This document shows, one piece after another, positions 25,062 through 35,167 of a stretch of DNA of 64,000 bases. The stretch comes from an uncultured virus (IMG/VR IMGVR_UViG_2061766007_000671) (Duplodnaviria; Heunggongvirae; Uroviricota; Caudoviricetes). The stretch's first letter is position 1. Every line of letters begins with the position of its first letter. Under the pieces are notes generated by a model, which was given only the letters and a program-made list of their open reading frames with translations, did no database searches and was not told where the DNA came from. The DNA lies in IMG/VR virus record IMGVR_UViG_2061766007_000671. One strand, given 5' to 3'. The translations under genes were made by a program, and so were the position numbers.

Positions 25062-25552
25062 ACTTCAGAGACATAAGCGATATGCCGCCCGGAATGCGCA
25101 GGCTGTATGAGCAGCAGATTGCGCAGAAGGAACAGGCTACGGAAGCAAAGAAGCGGCTTGCGGAGCTGACGCAGGCCGCAGAAGGGCGAAAGCCAAAGGA
25201 TAACAAGTACCACGCGAAACCGACAGACAGGACGTTGCCGGACGGAACAGTCATCAAATTCGATTCCAAGCGTGAAGCCGCCTACTATGACCAACTCAAA
25301 GCCCTTGAGATGGCCGGTGTGGTCAAAGACATCCGCTTGCAGGTGCAGTTCCTTTTGAAGCCTGCGTACACAGACGGGCGCACGGGAGAGAGATTCCGCG
25401 CCATCAACTATCTGGCGGACTTCACCTACTGGCAGATGGAGGACGGAGAGTGGAAATTCCACATAGCAGACTCCAAGGGGCATATCACGAAAGAGTATGC
25501 CCTGAAGAAAAAAATCATGGCCGACATGGGTCATTACATTGAGGAAGTGTGA
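25058..25552 (+). CDS. DUF1064-family endonuclease
   Basis: NKYHAK...FDSKREA...YLADF...DSKG. Confidence 0.85.
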   Translation: MNFRDISDMPPGMRRLYEQQIAQKEQATEAKKRLAELTQAAEGRKPKDNKYHAKPTDRTLPDGTVIKFDSKREAAYYDQLKALEMAGVVKDIRLQVQFLLKPAYTDGRTGERFRAINYLADFTYWQMEDGEWKFHIADSKGHITKEYALKKKIMADMGHYIEEV

Positions 25553-25965
25553 GAATGTATTTTGCCATAGACGAGAACGCATTTCCGCCGGAGAGGGCGC
25601 ACGAGGATGATGCAGGGATGGACTTGAAAAGCCCTATTGAGACCTGCGTACCGGCAAGGGGAAGCGCCGTCATCGACACCGGCATCCACGTTGAGATACC
25701 GCACGGCTATGCCGGGTTCCTGAAAAGCAAGTCGGGGCTGAACGTGAAACACGACATCACGTCTGAGGGCGTTATCGACGCAGGTTATACGGGATCAATC
25801 GTATGCAAGCTGTATAACCATGGAGAGGACGATTATCTCGTTCATCGGGGAGACAAGATCACGCAGCTTGTCGTTCTTCCCGTCATGCTTGGCGGTTATA
25901 CGATAGTTGAGAAGATCGAAGGATCAGAGCGCGGAGACGCCGGATTCGGCTCTACCGGGAAATAA
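25549..25965 (+). CDS. dut: trimeric dUTPase
   Basis: DAGMDL, KSGL, GVIDAGYTG, RGDAGFGSTG. Confidence 0.95.
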   Translation: MRMYFAIDENAFPPERAHEDDAGMDLKSPIETCVPARGSAVIDTGIHVEIPHGYAGFLKSKSGLNVKHDITSEGVIDAGYTGSIVCKLYNHGEDDYLVHRGDKITQLVVLPVMLGGYTIVEKIEGSERGDAGFGSTGK

Positions 25966-25983
25966 AGAAAAGGAGAAAAATCA

Positions 25984-26340
25984 ATGAAGCATCCCAATCT
26001 CATCGGACTGTTCATTGCGTTCATGGCCGGACAAGCCATCCAGCTCCTGACCTGCGCAATGGCTCATAACCTTTATGTCAGCGATCCCGTTTTGATGTGC
26101 GTGACGGTTGGGGTCGTCGCCACCGTCGTTGTGATCCTCGCTTCCATTTTCACCTCCATGGAAAATGAAAGCAAGGAGACACATTCATTCCATGAAAAAA
26201 AAGAAAAGCAGGACGATACCTATGCCGATATCATTCCCGCTGTCTTTAGGGACTGGAGAAAACGCCCTGCTCTGGACACCGATCCCGTCAATATCACCGA
26301 GGAAGATGATAACGTCAGGAAAGAAAACGTCAATGCATAA
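25984..26340 (+). CDS. membrane protein with 2 TM segments
   Basis: Two hydrophobic N-terminal stretches. Confidence 0.65.
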   Translation: MKHPNLIGLFIAFMAGQAIQLLTCAMAHNLYVSDPVLMCVTVGVVATVVVILASIFTSMENESKETHSFHEKKEKQDDTYADIIPAVFRDWRKRPALDTDPVNITEEDDNVRKENVNA

Positions 26341-26380
26341 AAGCGGTCGGGCTGTCTATGGCTTGAACTGCGCCGATAAA

Positions 26381-26418
26381 CGAGAGCGCCGGGAGAATCC
26401 GGCGCTTTTCGTCATTTT
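26381..26418 (+). terminator. terminator between the replication and late modules
   Basis: GAGAGCGCCGG-GAGAAT-CCGGCGCTTTTC. Confidence 0.65.
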
Positions 26419-26429
26419 ATACAAAGAAC

Positions 26430-26458
26430 TTGACAAACACAATATTTTGTGGTATATG
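26430..26458 (+). promoter_or_regulatory. sigma-A promoter for the packaging/late operon
   Basis: TTGACA-17-TATATG with extended TG. Confidence 0.65.
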
Positions 26459-26499
26459 GTAGAGTGAAATACAAGATATTGTGTCCGAAGGGATTTTAG

Positions 26500-27549
26500 A
26501 TGGACGAGAAAACGGTCGAAACTCGATATTGCTGGCACTGCCGGAGAGAACTGACAGAAAAAAACAGTTGGCAGCCCTCCGACGGGTTCGACCACGGAGC
26601 ACCTACCTGCTACTGCACAAGCTGCCAGAATACCTACTACGTTGCACTTGCGAAGCTTGTCGGTTCCGATCTCGCCTATTTTTATTGCTGTGTCAAATTT
26701 GATGTTCCGTATGTACCCGGGGCATTAAAGTATGCCTACAAGTACATTAAAGAATACGGCCCATGGGGTGCCTATATAACATCGCTTCGTTTTCAGAAAT
26801 TTCATCAGCGTAACGGAAAGTGGTGTGGGTTTGAGGACGGAAGCTACGAAATAAAAAAAGCATTCCGTGAATTATCAGACCTTGGAGCGGAAAGCCCCGA
26901 AGAATACCTGGCCCATAAGGAGCGTGACAAAGCTGAGAACCGCGCGTTCTGGGGTGACGGATATGGGGCAGACGGCGAAAAGTACACCCCAAAAGATTAC
27001 GAAGTTCTCAACCGCGTATTCGATGCCATGACCGAGGGGCGCAGCGGAATCAGCCAACAGTCTGAGATGGCGATAAAGGACATCGCCAGGTGGACTCTTG
27101 AACGAGACAAGCTAATGGCTGCCAAAGAGTTCGATGATGCCAAAAAGGTTGACGGCATGATCGAGAAACTCAAAGAGTCGGAACAGCTTCGGAAAAAAGA
27201 TGAACTGCCGCAGGACAGAGCAAGACTCGACGATATCGTAAAAGCTGTCGAACGTGCCGGTCTGAACCTGATGAACTATGAAGAGCTGAAGAAGCAGCTT
27301 GCCACATACCTGTTCCATTCCCCCTACGGATATACCCGCGATGCCGCAGATCAGATGCTTCTGCTCATCCGAAACGCAACCGCATTCAATGAAAACGTGC
27401 CGGAAGTTGACAGGCTGCCGGACGAAATGGGGATCGTTGACACGCTCGGAGAGTTTGCCAAGGAACAGGACGATAAAGAAAAGAAAATCTACAAAGACCT
27501 TGGGCTTGTGCCTCTGCACATGAAGCCGCCAGCGGAAGAAAAGAGTTGA
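26500..27549 (+). CDS. probable terminase small subunit (N-terminal Zn finger)
   Basis: CWHC...CTSC; immediately upstream of TerL. Confidence 0.55.
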   Translation: MDEKTVETRYCWHCRRELTEKNSWQPSDGFDHGAPTCYCTSCQNTYYVALAKLVGSDLAYFYCCVKFDVPYVPGALKYAYKYIKEYGPWGAYITSLRFQKFHQRNGKWCGFEDGSYEIKKAFRELSDLGAESPEEYLAHKERDKAENRAFWGDGYGADGEKYTPKDYEVLNRVFDAMTEGRSGISQQSEMAIKDIARWTLERDKLMAAKEFDDAKKVDGMIEKLKESEQLRKKDELPQDRARLDDIVKAVERAGLNLMNYEELKKQLATYLFHSPYGYTRDAADQMLLLIRNATAFNENVPEVDRLPDEMGIVDTLGEFAKEQDDKEKKIYKDLGLVPLHMKPPAEEKS

Positions 27550-27555
27550 TGCCAT

Positions 27556-29367
27556 ATGGCGGAATCGTCCTACAGATACGCCAATGGACATTATGTGAGA
27601 AAGTCCGGGCGGCAGGGCGTAAACTACGATGAGTTTGCGACCGAATGCTGGAGCCTTATCATTAGTTTTTTTCGCTATTATCCCGATCTGCTTGAAGATA
27701 TATGCGAGAGCGAAAACAAAGAGTTTTCAAACAGCCTGATATCCAGAGTCCTCAAAAGGGCTATGGCGCGTGATGAAGAAGTGTTTATCACCGGGGCGAG
27801 AGGACTTGGGAAAACTACCGTAGTCGTTTCAGATAAATGCAATAAAGGCATCCTCTGGCCGGGAGAAATCACAGGCTACTACGCCCCGGTCGCGGTGCAG
27901 GCAGCGCCGCTGGCATCGAAAGCTTTTGCCACATACAAGCGAAACACTCCCATCCTCGCCGATCACTACACAAAGAACAACGATGGTAAAGCCACATTCA
28001 AGGTGTCAACTCCGCTCGGCTCACAGTTCATCATGGACATCGACCGTGGTATCGACACTTCCGGCGTCGTGGCGGAGGAGTGCGCACAGGAAGACCGCAA
28101 CCCATTTAACTGGGCAGACTTCAACCAGATTGTTCTGGGAACGAACCGGCTTTCCTATAAGGTAAACGGACACGAAGATCCAAACCATATAGACAGCCAA
28201 ATCCATTATATCACGTCAGCCACGCGCAGAGAGAACGAAGCGTATGGCGTTTACATGAACGTGAGAAAGGCAATGCAAAGCGGGGAAAACACTTTTGCCC
28301 TGAGTGTTCCGTGGCAGGTGCCTGTCCTTGCGAGAATGAAGTCCTTCTCCTATTACCAGATGCTGAAAAAGCGTCTGACATCCGAGCAGTTCATGCGCGA
28401 GTGCGAAAGCAAATGGACAGGATCGATAGAAAATCCCATTATTAGGGACGATATCCTTGCATCAAGCCGTAAGCTTAAAGTGATGGAGGATAAGCACTGC
28501 GGAGATCCTGAGTGCTTTTACATCATCGGATACGACGTTTCTTCCCGCGATGTATCCGGCAACGCCATGACGGCGATGGCTGTGGTGAAATGCGAACGCC
28601 AGCACCACAGTACGGTAATGGATTCATACCGCAAATCTCTTGTATATGTGGAAGATCGTCGCCCACCGAAAAACGCGAGAGAACACGCTGTGCTCATAAA
28701 GCGGAGATGGAAAGATTACTGCATCGAAAACGGAAGACCGGCGTTCATTGTTGTTGACGCACGAAGCTATGGCTTGAGCGTCATGGAGCATCTGCACGAG
28801 GATCTCGGAGACGGACTTCCGCCCATGCGCACGATGAATAACGATCCCACGTTCGCTGTGCTTGCGCAGGATAATGCCATTCCCTGTTTGTACGCTATGC
28901 AGGCAACCGGTGCATCTGGTTCCGATCCGAACACGGTGATGCTTGATTACATCGAACGTGAGTTCGAGAATGGAAATCTTCGGCTGCTGACGCAGAACCT
29001 CTACGAAGGACTCCAGGCTTACAAGCTGAAGCATGACATAAAAGATGACCTGAGAGACCAGGAAATCCAGCTTCCGTACAGCGCAACCAACCGTCTTGCC
29101 AGACAAATCTCAAATCTTCAAAAGAAGTACGGAGCGATTGGATGGACGGAACAGCAGATCAATAAGTACATCCAAAAGGATATGTGGTCTGCTCTGCTGT
29201 ATGCCTGCCGGATCGCGCAGCGTTTGGAGAAAGCGGAACTCTACTACCAGAACCGAAGGAAAAACGAGTGGGAAGAACTCGCAAAACAGTATTCCGGGAT
29301 AACGGGAGAGTACGCGATCAATCCGAACGGCAAGAAGCGTCGAAGCGGACGCCTTGGAGTCAGATGA
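27556..29367 (+). CDS. terminase large subunit
   Basis: GARGLGKT Walker A, VVAEE Walker B variant, IGYDVS and KDMWSAL nuclease motifs. Confidence 0.9.
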   Translation: MAESSYRYANGHYVRKSGRQGVNYDEFATECWSLIISFFRYYPDLLEDICESENKEFSNSLISRVLKRAMARDEEVFITGARGLGKTTVVVSDKCNKGILWPGEITGYYAPVAVQAAPLASKAFATYKRNTPILADHYTKNNDGKATFKVSTPLGSQFIMDIDRGIDTSGVVAEECAQEDRNPFNWADFNQIVLGTNRLSYKVNGHEDPNHIDSQIHYITSATRRENEAYGVYMNVRKAMQSGENTFALSVPWQVPVLARMKSFSYYQMLKKRLTSEQFMRECESKWTGSIENPIIRDDILASSRKLKVMEDKHCGDPECFYIIGYDVSSRDVSGNAMTAMAVVKCERQHHSTVMDSYRKSLVYVEDRRPPKNAREHAVLIKRRWKDYCIENGRPAFIVVDARSYGLSVMEHLHEDLGDGLPPMRTMNNDPTFAVLAQDNAIPCLYAMQATGASGSDPNTVMLDYIEREFENGNLRLLTQNLYEGLQAYKLKHDIKDDLRDQEIQLPYSATNRLARQISNLQKKYGAIGWTEQQINKYIQKDMWSALLYACRIAQRLEKAELYYQNRRKNEWEELAKQYSGITGEYAINPNGKKRRSGRLGVR

Positions 29368-29690
29368 TGAACAAGCTTTGGGTTTGCCGCTCGACGGCGG
29401 AGAACATAAAACGAGCCGAGAAGTACGAATACTTCAAGGCCAATGAAAAATACTGCCTTGTCATCACGGACGAAACGCCGGACAAAATGGCGGAAGTCCA
29501 GGGTGACGCCGTTAAGTCTCTGACTGTTCAGGACTGGACATGGATAAAGGCGGTCGGCGAAAAAATCAAGGCAGAAACGGAGTACACTGCGTTTCAGCAA
29601 CAGCAGAAAGAGTTTCTGGAACGCTTTGAAGCGGAACTGAAAGGGAGAATGACGGATGCCGGAAACCCCGATGGTGGAAGAAAAGAATAA
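29364..29690 (+). CDS. hypothetical protein
   Basis: ATGA coupling to TerL. Confidence 0.6.
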   Translation: MMNKLWVCRSTAENIKRAEKYEYFKANEKYCLVITDETPDKMAEVQGDAVKSLTVQDWTWIKAVGEKIKAETEYTAFQQQQKEFLERFEAELKGRMTDAGNPDGGRKE

Positions 29691-31479
29691 CGACACCTGG
29701 GCAGAACTGGCCAATAGCATCAAGCGGCTGAATGGGCAGTACGGTTCACTCGGCATGGGTTCCATCTTCTCCGCATGGACAGCCGCCGGTGGAATGAATT
29801 TCCTTACGCAGTGGCCGCAGATCCAGAACGCCAGAATCAAAGGCGTAAACACCAGGGCGGCGGATTTCAGCAAGGACGAAATCGCCGAGATGGTGCAGAC
29901 ACCCGGTTCCAACGAACGTGAACTCCGTTCCGTTTCTGCTTCGCTGGACTCCAGCGCCATGACATACTCGGTCATCCTGAACACCATGCAGAACATGATG
30001 ACCTACGACTGGTATGTCTACCCGTCCGAGGATCTGAAGGAAGTGTCCTACGAGCAGATGCGCAGAGATTACATCCTGACGCAGAAGCTGGCGGACAAAA
30101 TCAATCCCCGCGCAGAGGCGCGGAAAATCAACGGGCAGTGCGCCAAGTACGGCAAGGTTTTCTACACGGCCAGATACGATGTGGACAAGAGCCACAACGC
30201 CGTGAAATATGCGTTTCTTCAGCAGCTCCCCACCGACTGGTGCATGATCGTAGGGCGGAACAACGGCCCCGGCACCTACACGGTGGCTTTCAACATGATG
30301 TATTTCTGTACGCCGGGAACAGACCCGCGCCAGTACGGAGACCTCTTCCTCCCCTACCTTGACGCCTTTGGCGATGTTCTGGAAGAGCGCGAACAGTACG
30401 CCTATATGTCGAAGGACAAGCGGTACGGCATCAATGCCGAGAGATTTCGCGCCAACGACACGGCAAACACCGCCGGAAGCCCGCAGTGGTATCAGGTAGG
30501 GACGGTCAACTACTACTGGGTCAACCTTCCCGCCGATAAGGTCATCGTATTCGAGCGCAATGACCGAACGGTCGATGTCGTGCCGGAAACCACGGGCATG
30601 ATGGTAAGCATGGTTCAGGTGCCTGCCTACGAGGCGGCACAGTTGGAAATCATCCTCAACCCTCTAACCTCCATCATGACCGGAGAACTCCCCACCTACG
30701 ACACGAGCGGCGTACCGGGCGCTGACCCGGTGGCCATCTCCCCCGCCACGAGGGAACTGTTTGAAACCTTCTGGTATCAGATGCTGTCGGCGAACAACAC
30801 GTCTGGCATTGGCCTTTATCTGGCACCGGCGAAGAACCTCAAGCTTCAGACCATCACGGACACGGTGAGTTCCACCTCCATTGCGGAACACGCCTACAGC
30901 GACCAGGTGCAGAAAGCCGGACTGAGCGCAGTCATCCCCACGTCCGACGATCCGAAGGTCGGCGTTGCGGAACTGAGCGCCAAAATCAATGCGCGGTCGG
31001 CGATGCCGATTTACTGGCAGTTTGAGAAGATGATGAACCACATCTTCGAGAGCCTGAATCTGAAGACCACGATGCGCTTCCATATGTTTGGAGATGTCTT
31101 CAGCCGTGCGGCTGAGATGGAGGATGCCCGCAAGGACATGACGCTTGGCCTCATGCCAGCCACGCTGAAGTATAACGCCATGATCGGCCACTCGATCCTT
31201 GATGACCTCGCCATCTCCGAGTTCGTCACGAAGTCCGGCATCATGGACAGACGGCTTCCGCTGGTTTCGACCTACAGCGCACGGCAGCGTGACGGTACGC
31301 TTCCGCCGCAGGCGGCGCAGGAACTCAACCCCGGCGGAAGACCGCCGGAGGACGGCAGCCAGTCCGGGCAGAAGAACCGGGACTTCCTTAAAAATCCGGG
31401 AAGCGGCGGTTCGCTTGATCCGACCGGTCACAGGGTAATTCCCAAAGACCGCGATGAAGATAACTGGGATGACTTCTAA
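29656..31479 (+). CDS. portal protein
   Basis: 607 aa; position after TerL; C-terminal GGRP motif. Confidence 0.75.
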   Translation: MPETPMVEEKNNDTWAELANSIKRLNGQYGSLGMGSIFSAWTAAGGMNFLTQWPQIQNARIKGVNTRAADFSKDEIAEMVQTPGSNERELRSVSASLDSSAMTYSVILNTMQNMMTYDWYVYPSEDLKEVSYEQMRRDYILTQKLADKINPRAEARKINGQCAKYGKVFYTARYDVDKSHNAVKYAFLQQLPTDWCMIVGRNNGPGTYTVAFNMMYFCTPGTDPRQYGDLFLPYLDAFGDVLEEREQYAYMSKDKRYGINAERFRANDTANTAGSPQWYQVGTVNYYWVNLPADKVIVFERNDRTVDVVPETTGMMVSMVQVPAYEAAQLEIILNPLTSIMTGELPTYDTSGVPGADPVAISPATRELFETFWYQMLSANNTSGIGLYLAPAKNLKLQTITDTVSSTSIAEHAYSDQVQKAGLSAVIPTSDDPKVGVAELSAKINARSAMPIYWQFEKMMNHIFESLNLKTTMRFHMFGDVFSRAAEMEDARKDMTLGLMPATLKYNAMIGHSILDDLAISEFVTKSGIMDRRLPLVSTYSARQRDGTLPPQAAQELNPGGRPPEDGSQSGQKNRDFLKNPGSGGSLDPTGHRVIPKDRDEDNWDDF

Positions 31480-31645
31480 ACCAAGCCTGAAAGAGATCCG
31501 ATGCCCCATCTGCCATAAGCTCCTGCTGTATGCGGACGGTCGAGGGGAAATCGCTTGTCTGAAATGCCGTGGCGGTACGCTCGTGATGTACGACACCGAC
31601 CACGACATCGTGAAAATCCAATATCGCCACACAGAGCGCCATTAA
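31469..31645 (+). CDS. Com-like zinc-ribbon regulator
   Basis: KEIRCPICHKLL...EIACLKC. Confidence 0.65.
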   Translation: MTSKPSLKEIRCPICHKLLLYADGRGEIACLKCRGGTLVMYDTDHDIVKIQYRHTERH

Positions 31646-31704
31646 GAGCGCCGCACAGTACGAACACGGAGATTACTCCCAACGTGCTATAAGCGGTGCT
31701 CTTA
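31633..31704 (+). promoter_or_regulatory. tandem AGAGCGCC and long hairpin upstream of the scaffold RBS
   Basis: TAAGAGCGCCGC 31643-31654 pairs with GCGGTGCTCTTA 31693-31704. Confidence 0.55.
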
Positions 31705-31725
31705 TTTCATTTTGGAGGCAGAAAC

Positions 31726-33165
31726 ATGGGAAAGAACAGAGCTGTGCCGGGGCAGCTCAAGGTGATGGAGACTGCCAACCCGAAGCTGTACGCGGTGGAA
31801 ATCATGGCGCTCAACTCAGAGGTCAACCGCAACAACTGGCAGTACATAAACCTTGAGAAGCATCTGAGCGAATTTCTGGATATCCCGATCCTGACCGCCT
31901 ATGTCATGGGCGGGAATGTGATTGGGGACGGCCACAACTACAACATGAAGCGCGACCCAAAGACCGGCGAGGATTACCCGTCCTTCACGGCATCGGATGC
32001 GGAGCGCATCGTCGGATGGATTCCCAAAGACGAATCCAATGTCCGTCTTGAAGTCATTGACGGTACGGAATGGGTCATCGTCAAGGGCAACCTGTGGTCG
32101 TGGTACGCCAAAGAGCTTGTAGACCAAATTGCTCGACAGGGGAGCATGGAGGTTTCTATAGAGACACTGGTGACTGAGGAACACCAGAGAGAGGACGGCG
32201 TGGACGTTGAGGAGAAATATATTATCCTCGGCATCACGATCCTTGGCAACGGCGTTGAGCCTGCCGTAGCCGGGGCAAACATCAAAACCCTCTCTGAACT
32301 TTCGGAGTTGCGGAGCAACATGGCTGAAAACATTTTGAAAGCCGCAAGCTACGCAAAGCCGGACGAGAACTCACTGGAAGACGAGCCGTCTGCGGACGAG
32401 TCTTCCGACAACATTCCAAAGGACAATGAAAACAAAGGAGTGAAAAAGCGCATGACCTACTTTAGCCGCAAAGAGCTTGCGGAGCTGGGCAAGAAGTTCC
32501 CGGATTTCAAGGTTCTGGCCGCTGTGCAGGACGAGAACGGCGCTATCCGGGTCTGCCTTATGGCGAAGGACGCCAGCACTTCCGTTTACAAGATGGACAG
32601 TATTGACGACACCATCGTGCCTGAGAAGTTCCGTCGCGCCGTCGCCAAGGTCAACTTCATTCTGGGCGAGGACTGCGACAACGCCGAGATCGATGCCTGC
32701 GAGATGACCGAAGAGATGGCCGCCGAGGTAGCCGAGGCCTGCGACAACGCCGCCAAGCTTCAGGCGCAGCTCAACGCCGCCAACGAGCGCATCAAGGCGA
32801 TGGAAACTGCGGAGCGCACCCGCCGTGTGCAGGCCGCCAAGGATAAGGCCAAGGCCGTCCTGAACGGGCTGAACGCCAACCGCGCCGCCAAAGCGCAGTT
32901 CGAGGACTCCATCCTCGACACCGTCATTGCCGACATCGACGCCGGTAAGTACACCGAGAAAGTGAACGCCGACGGCCTGTGGATCGGCGATGCCGAAGTC
33001 GAGCGCGACGTTTCCTTCCTGTGCATGAACGCGCAGAAAGAGATGGATAAGAAAGCCGCCGATGCCGCCAAGTCCATCAGCATCTACGAGAAGTTCAACC
33101 ACGCCAAAGGCGAAGAGCCTGACGGCATCGACAGCCTGCTGTCCGGGCTGGACAAGATCATCTGA
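31726..33165 (+). CDS. prohead protease/scaffold protein
   Basis: NRN...GH...G.LW...SIE...GITILG..VEPA domain followed by coiled coil. Confidence 0.75.
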   Translation: MGKNRAVPGQLKVMETANPKLYAVEIMALNSEVNRNNWQYINLEKHLSEFLDIPILTAYVMGGNVIGDGHNYNMKRDPKTGEDYPSFTASDAERIVGWIPKDESNVRLEVIDGTEWVIVKGNLWSWYAKELVDQIARQGSMEVSIETLVTEEHQREDGVDVEEKYIILGITILGNGVEPAVAGANIKTLSELSELRSNMAENILKAASYAKPDENSLEDEPSADESSDNIPKDNENKGVKKRMTYFSRKELAELGKKFPDFKVLAAVQDENGAIRVCLMAKDASTSVYKMDSIDDTIVPEKFRRAVAKVNFILGEDCDNAEIDACEMTEEMAAEVAEACDNAAKLQAQLNAANERIKAMETAERTRRVQAAKDKAKAVLNGLNANRAAKAQFEDSILDTVIADIDAGKYTEKVNADGLWIGDAEVERDVSFLCMNAQKEMDKKAADAAKSISIYEKFNHAKGEEPDGIDSLLSGLDKII

Positions 33166-33184
33166 ATAGGAGAGTGAGAGAATA

Positions 33185-33760
33185 ATGGCTTTTACTGCTA
33201 ACACCGCCTTTGAGGCGCGTATCGTCAACGACCGCTTTGACGATCTGGCTAACATCGCCGGTAAGTTCTACGTCTCCACGACCGCTACTGACTGCGATGC
33301 CGGTCAGCTCTGCATCCGCGACAGTCTGCTCAACTGCGAGGGCTTTGCGAACGTGAAGAACGAGAACGCCTGGAAGATGGTTACTGCGGAGGACGATACC
33401 CCCGCGACCACTCCCATCTACGCCTGCGACCCCCACGACTGGCCCCTGATCGGGAACAGCCGCAACCTGTGGGCTGTCGGCACAGAGACCCTCGGCCTTG
33501 GCATTCCCGCCGGTCGTTACGGCTCTTTCCGCCGCATCCATTTCGACAATGAGTCTGTCTACCGCTTCGGCGTAGGCAACCTGAGTACCACTCTGAGCAC
33601 CAACCAGTACCTGACCATCAACGACAGCGGCAAGCTGGTTCCCGCCGCTTCCGCTCCCAACGCCGGTCTGCCTTACTTCAAGGTGATGGGTACAGGCAAC
33701 TTCACCGAGGGTGCTTCCGCCAGCTTCGGCTATGTCGATGCTATGGCCTGTGTGGACTGA
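33185..33760 (+). CDS. capsid decoration/stabilising protein
   Basis: Position between scaffold and MCP; highly biased codons. Confidence 0.6.
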   Translation: MAFTANTAFEARIVNDRFDDLANIAGKFYVSTTATDCDAGQLCIRDSLLNCEGFANVKNENAWKMVTAEDDTPATTPIYACDPHDWPLIGNSRNLWAVGTETLGLGIPAGRYGSFRRIHFDNESVYRFGVGNLSTTLSTNQYLTINDSGKLVPAASAPNAGLPYFKVMGTGNFTEGASASFGYVDAMACVD

Positions 33761-33779
33761 GGAAAGGAGGTAACGTGCA

Positions 33780-35015
33780 ATGAAGCTTTCGATGAACAGC
33801 ATCAACCCCAGCGTGTTTAAGGTCTCCGCCAACGAGACTGCCGACAACACAAAGGCCCGCGCCGATATCGTCGGCACCGGCCGTATGCTGGCTTACGAAT
33901 ACGCCCGCAAGGGCGCTTCCGCTGTCCGCTCCGCGATGGGCCAGAAGGACAACGAGATCGCTTCCGTCCTGTCCGCTGACAAGTACAAGGAAGCCAACGA
34001 CAAGTTCCAGCGGGCTCACCTGCTGTACGCCGCCCGTCAGGCCGATGCCGTTCTCGGCAAGGTCGGCCCCAAGGACTTTGACGAGTTCAAGCGCCGTGGC
34101 GCTGAGTACGTCAACAACAGCGTCTTCATGAAGGTGCTCATGGGCATCTATCAGGAGATCCTGACCCCCATCCTGCCCCTGGTCTACTCCGAGGCTGTCA
34201 GCGTGTTCGCGGATGTGGTCGAGGTCGGCTTCGGCGAGACCTACGAACTGACCATTTCCAGCAACGACATCCCCGTGTTCCAGGACAGCGCCTGGGGTGC
34301 CAGCCGGAGCGTTCCCCGTAACCGCTTCTACGAGAAGCAGTTCACCCTGAATCCGTCTCCGCGCACCTGCCAGATCAATGCCAAGTGGACGCAGCTCGTC
34401 GGCAACAACGTGGACTTCGGCAAGTACTTTGCCAACCTGTCCGCCGGTATGTATGCCAAGACGATGGGTATGTGGAACGCCGTGATGTCCGCCGCCATCG
34501 TGGACACCTCTCTGGTTCCCTCCAATCTGAGCGTCACTTTCGACACCCAGAACTGGGTCAAACTGGCCAACCGTCTGTCCGCCGTGAACAGCACTCCGAT
34601 CAGCAACATCTTCGCTTTCGGCTCCTACCCCGCTCTGGCGCAGGTTCTGCCCCAGGACGTGACCGGCAGCACGAACGTGAACATGGATGCCGCCATCGCG
34701 ACTCTGCTCGGCGCTGACTACACCCGCGCCGGTTATCTGGGCGAGTACATGGGCATCATGCTTCGGCCTCTGGTCGATGTCATCATCCCCGGCACCCAGA
34801 ACACCACCGTGGACACCATGCTGTCCGACTCCACCATCTACATGATGAGTGGCAACGGTCGCAAGCCCCTGACCATCGGCTACAACCGTGATACACCCAT
34901 CACGCTGGAAGTCGATCCTTCCAAGGCGGGCGACATGGAGATCGCTGTGAACATGACCATCGCCCTCGACGCGATTGCCGTGTTCTCCGACCACATCGGC
35001 GTCGTCAGCATCTGA
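33780..35015 (+). CDS. major capsid protein
   Basis: 411 aa; position; strong codon bias; followed by a hairpin. Confidence 0.8.
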   Translation: MKLSMNSINPSVFKVSANETADNTKARADIVGTGRMLAYEYARKGASAVRSAMGQKDNEIASVLSADKYKEANDKFQRAHLLYAARQADAVLGKVGPKDFDEFKRRGAEYVNNSVFMKVLMGIYQEILTPILPLVYSEAVSVFADVVEVGFGETYELTISSNDIPVFQDSAWGASRSVPRNRFYEKQFTLNPSPRTCQINAKWTQLVGNNVDFGKYFANLSAGMYAKTMGMWNAVMSAAIVDTSLVPSNLSVTFDTQNWVKLANRLSAVNSTPISNIFAFGSYPALAQVLPQDVTGSTNVNMDAAIATLLGADYTRAGYLGEYMGIMLRPLVDVIIPGTQNTTVDTMLSDSTIYMMSGNGRKPLTIGYNRDTPITLEVDPSKAGDMEIAVNMTIALDAIAVFSDHIGVVSI

Positions 35016-35023
35016 TGACACAT

Positions 35024-35055
35024 AACGAGGGGCGGCAACCCCGTCCCTCGTTTCC
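35024..35055 (+). terminator. hairpin/terminator after MCP
   Basis: AACGAGGGGCGG/CCGTCCCTCGTT. Confidence 0.6.
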
Positions 35056-35057
35056 AT

Positions 35058-35132
35058 GCTGTCGTAGCACAATGGCAGTGCAGCCGCCTTGTAAGCGGCA
35101 GGTTGGGGGTTCGACTCCCTCTGACAGCTCCA
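35058..35132 (+). tRNA. tRNA-Thr(TGT)
   Basis: Full cloverleaf, loop CTTGTAA, CCA end. Confidence 0.9.
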
Positions 35133-35167
35133 CAACAGAATAAAACGCCATGAAGGGAGATTTAGAT

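Noticed and set aside
26482..26502. Sixth copy of the phage promoter (TGTCCGA)
   Set aside because: Lacks the TTCCCTATGG box at 14 nt and overlaps an RBS
35012..35055. Hammerhead core CTGATGA after MCP
   Set aside because: No GAAA or stem II/III; it is the tandem stop codons followed by a hairpin
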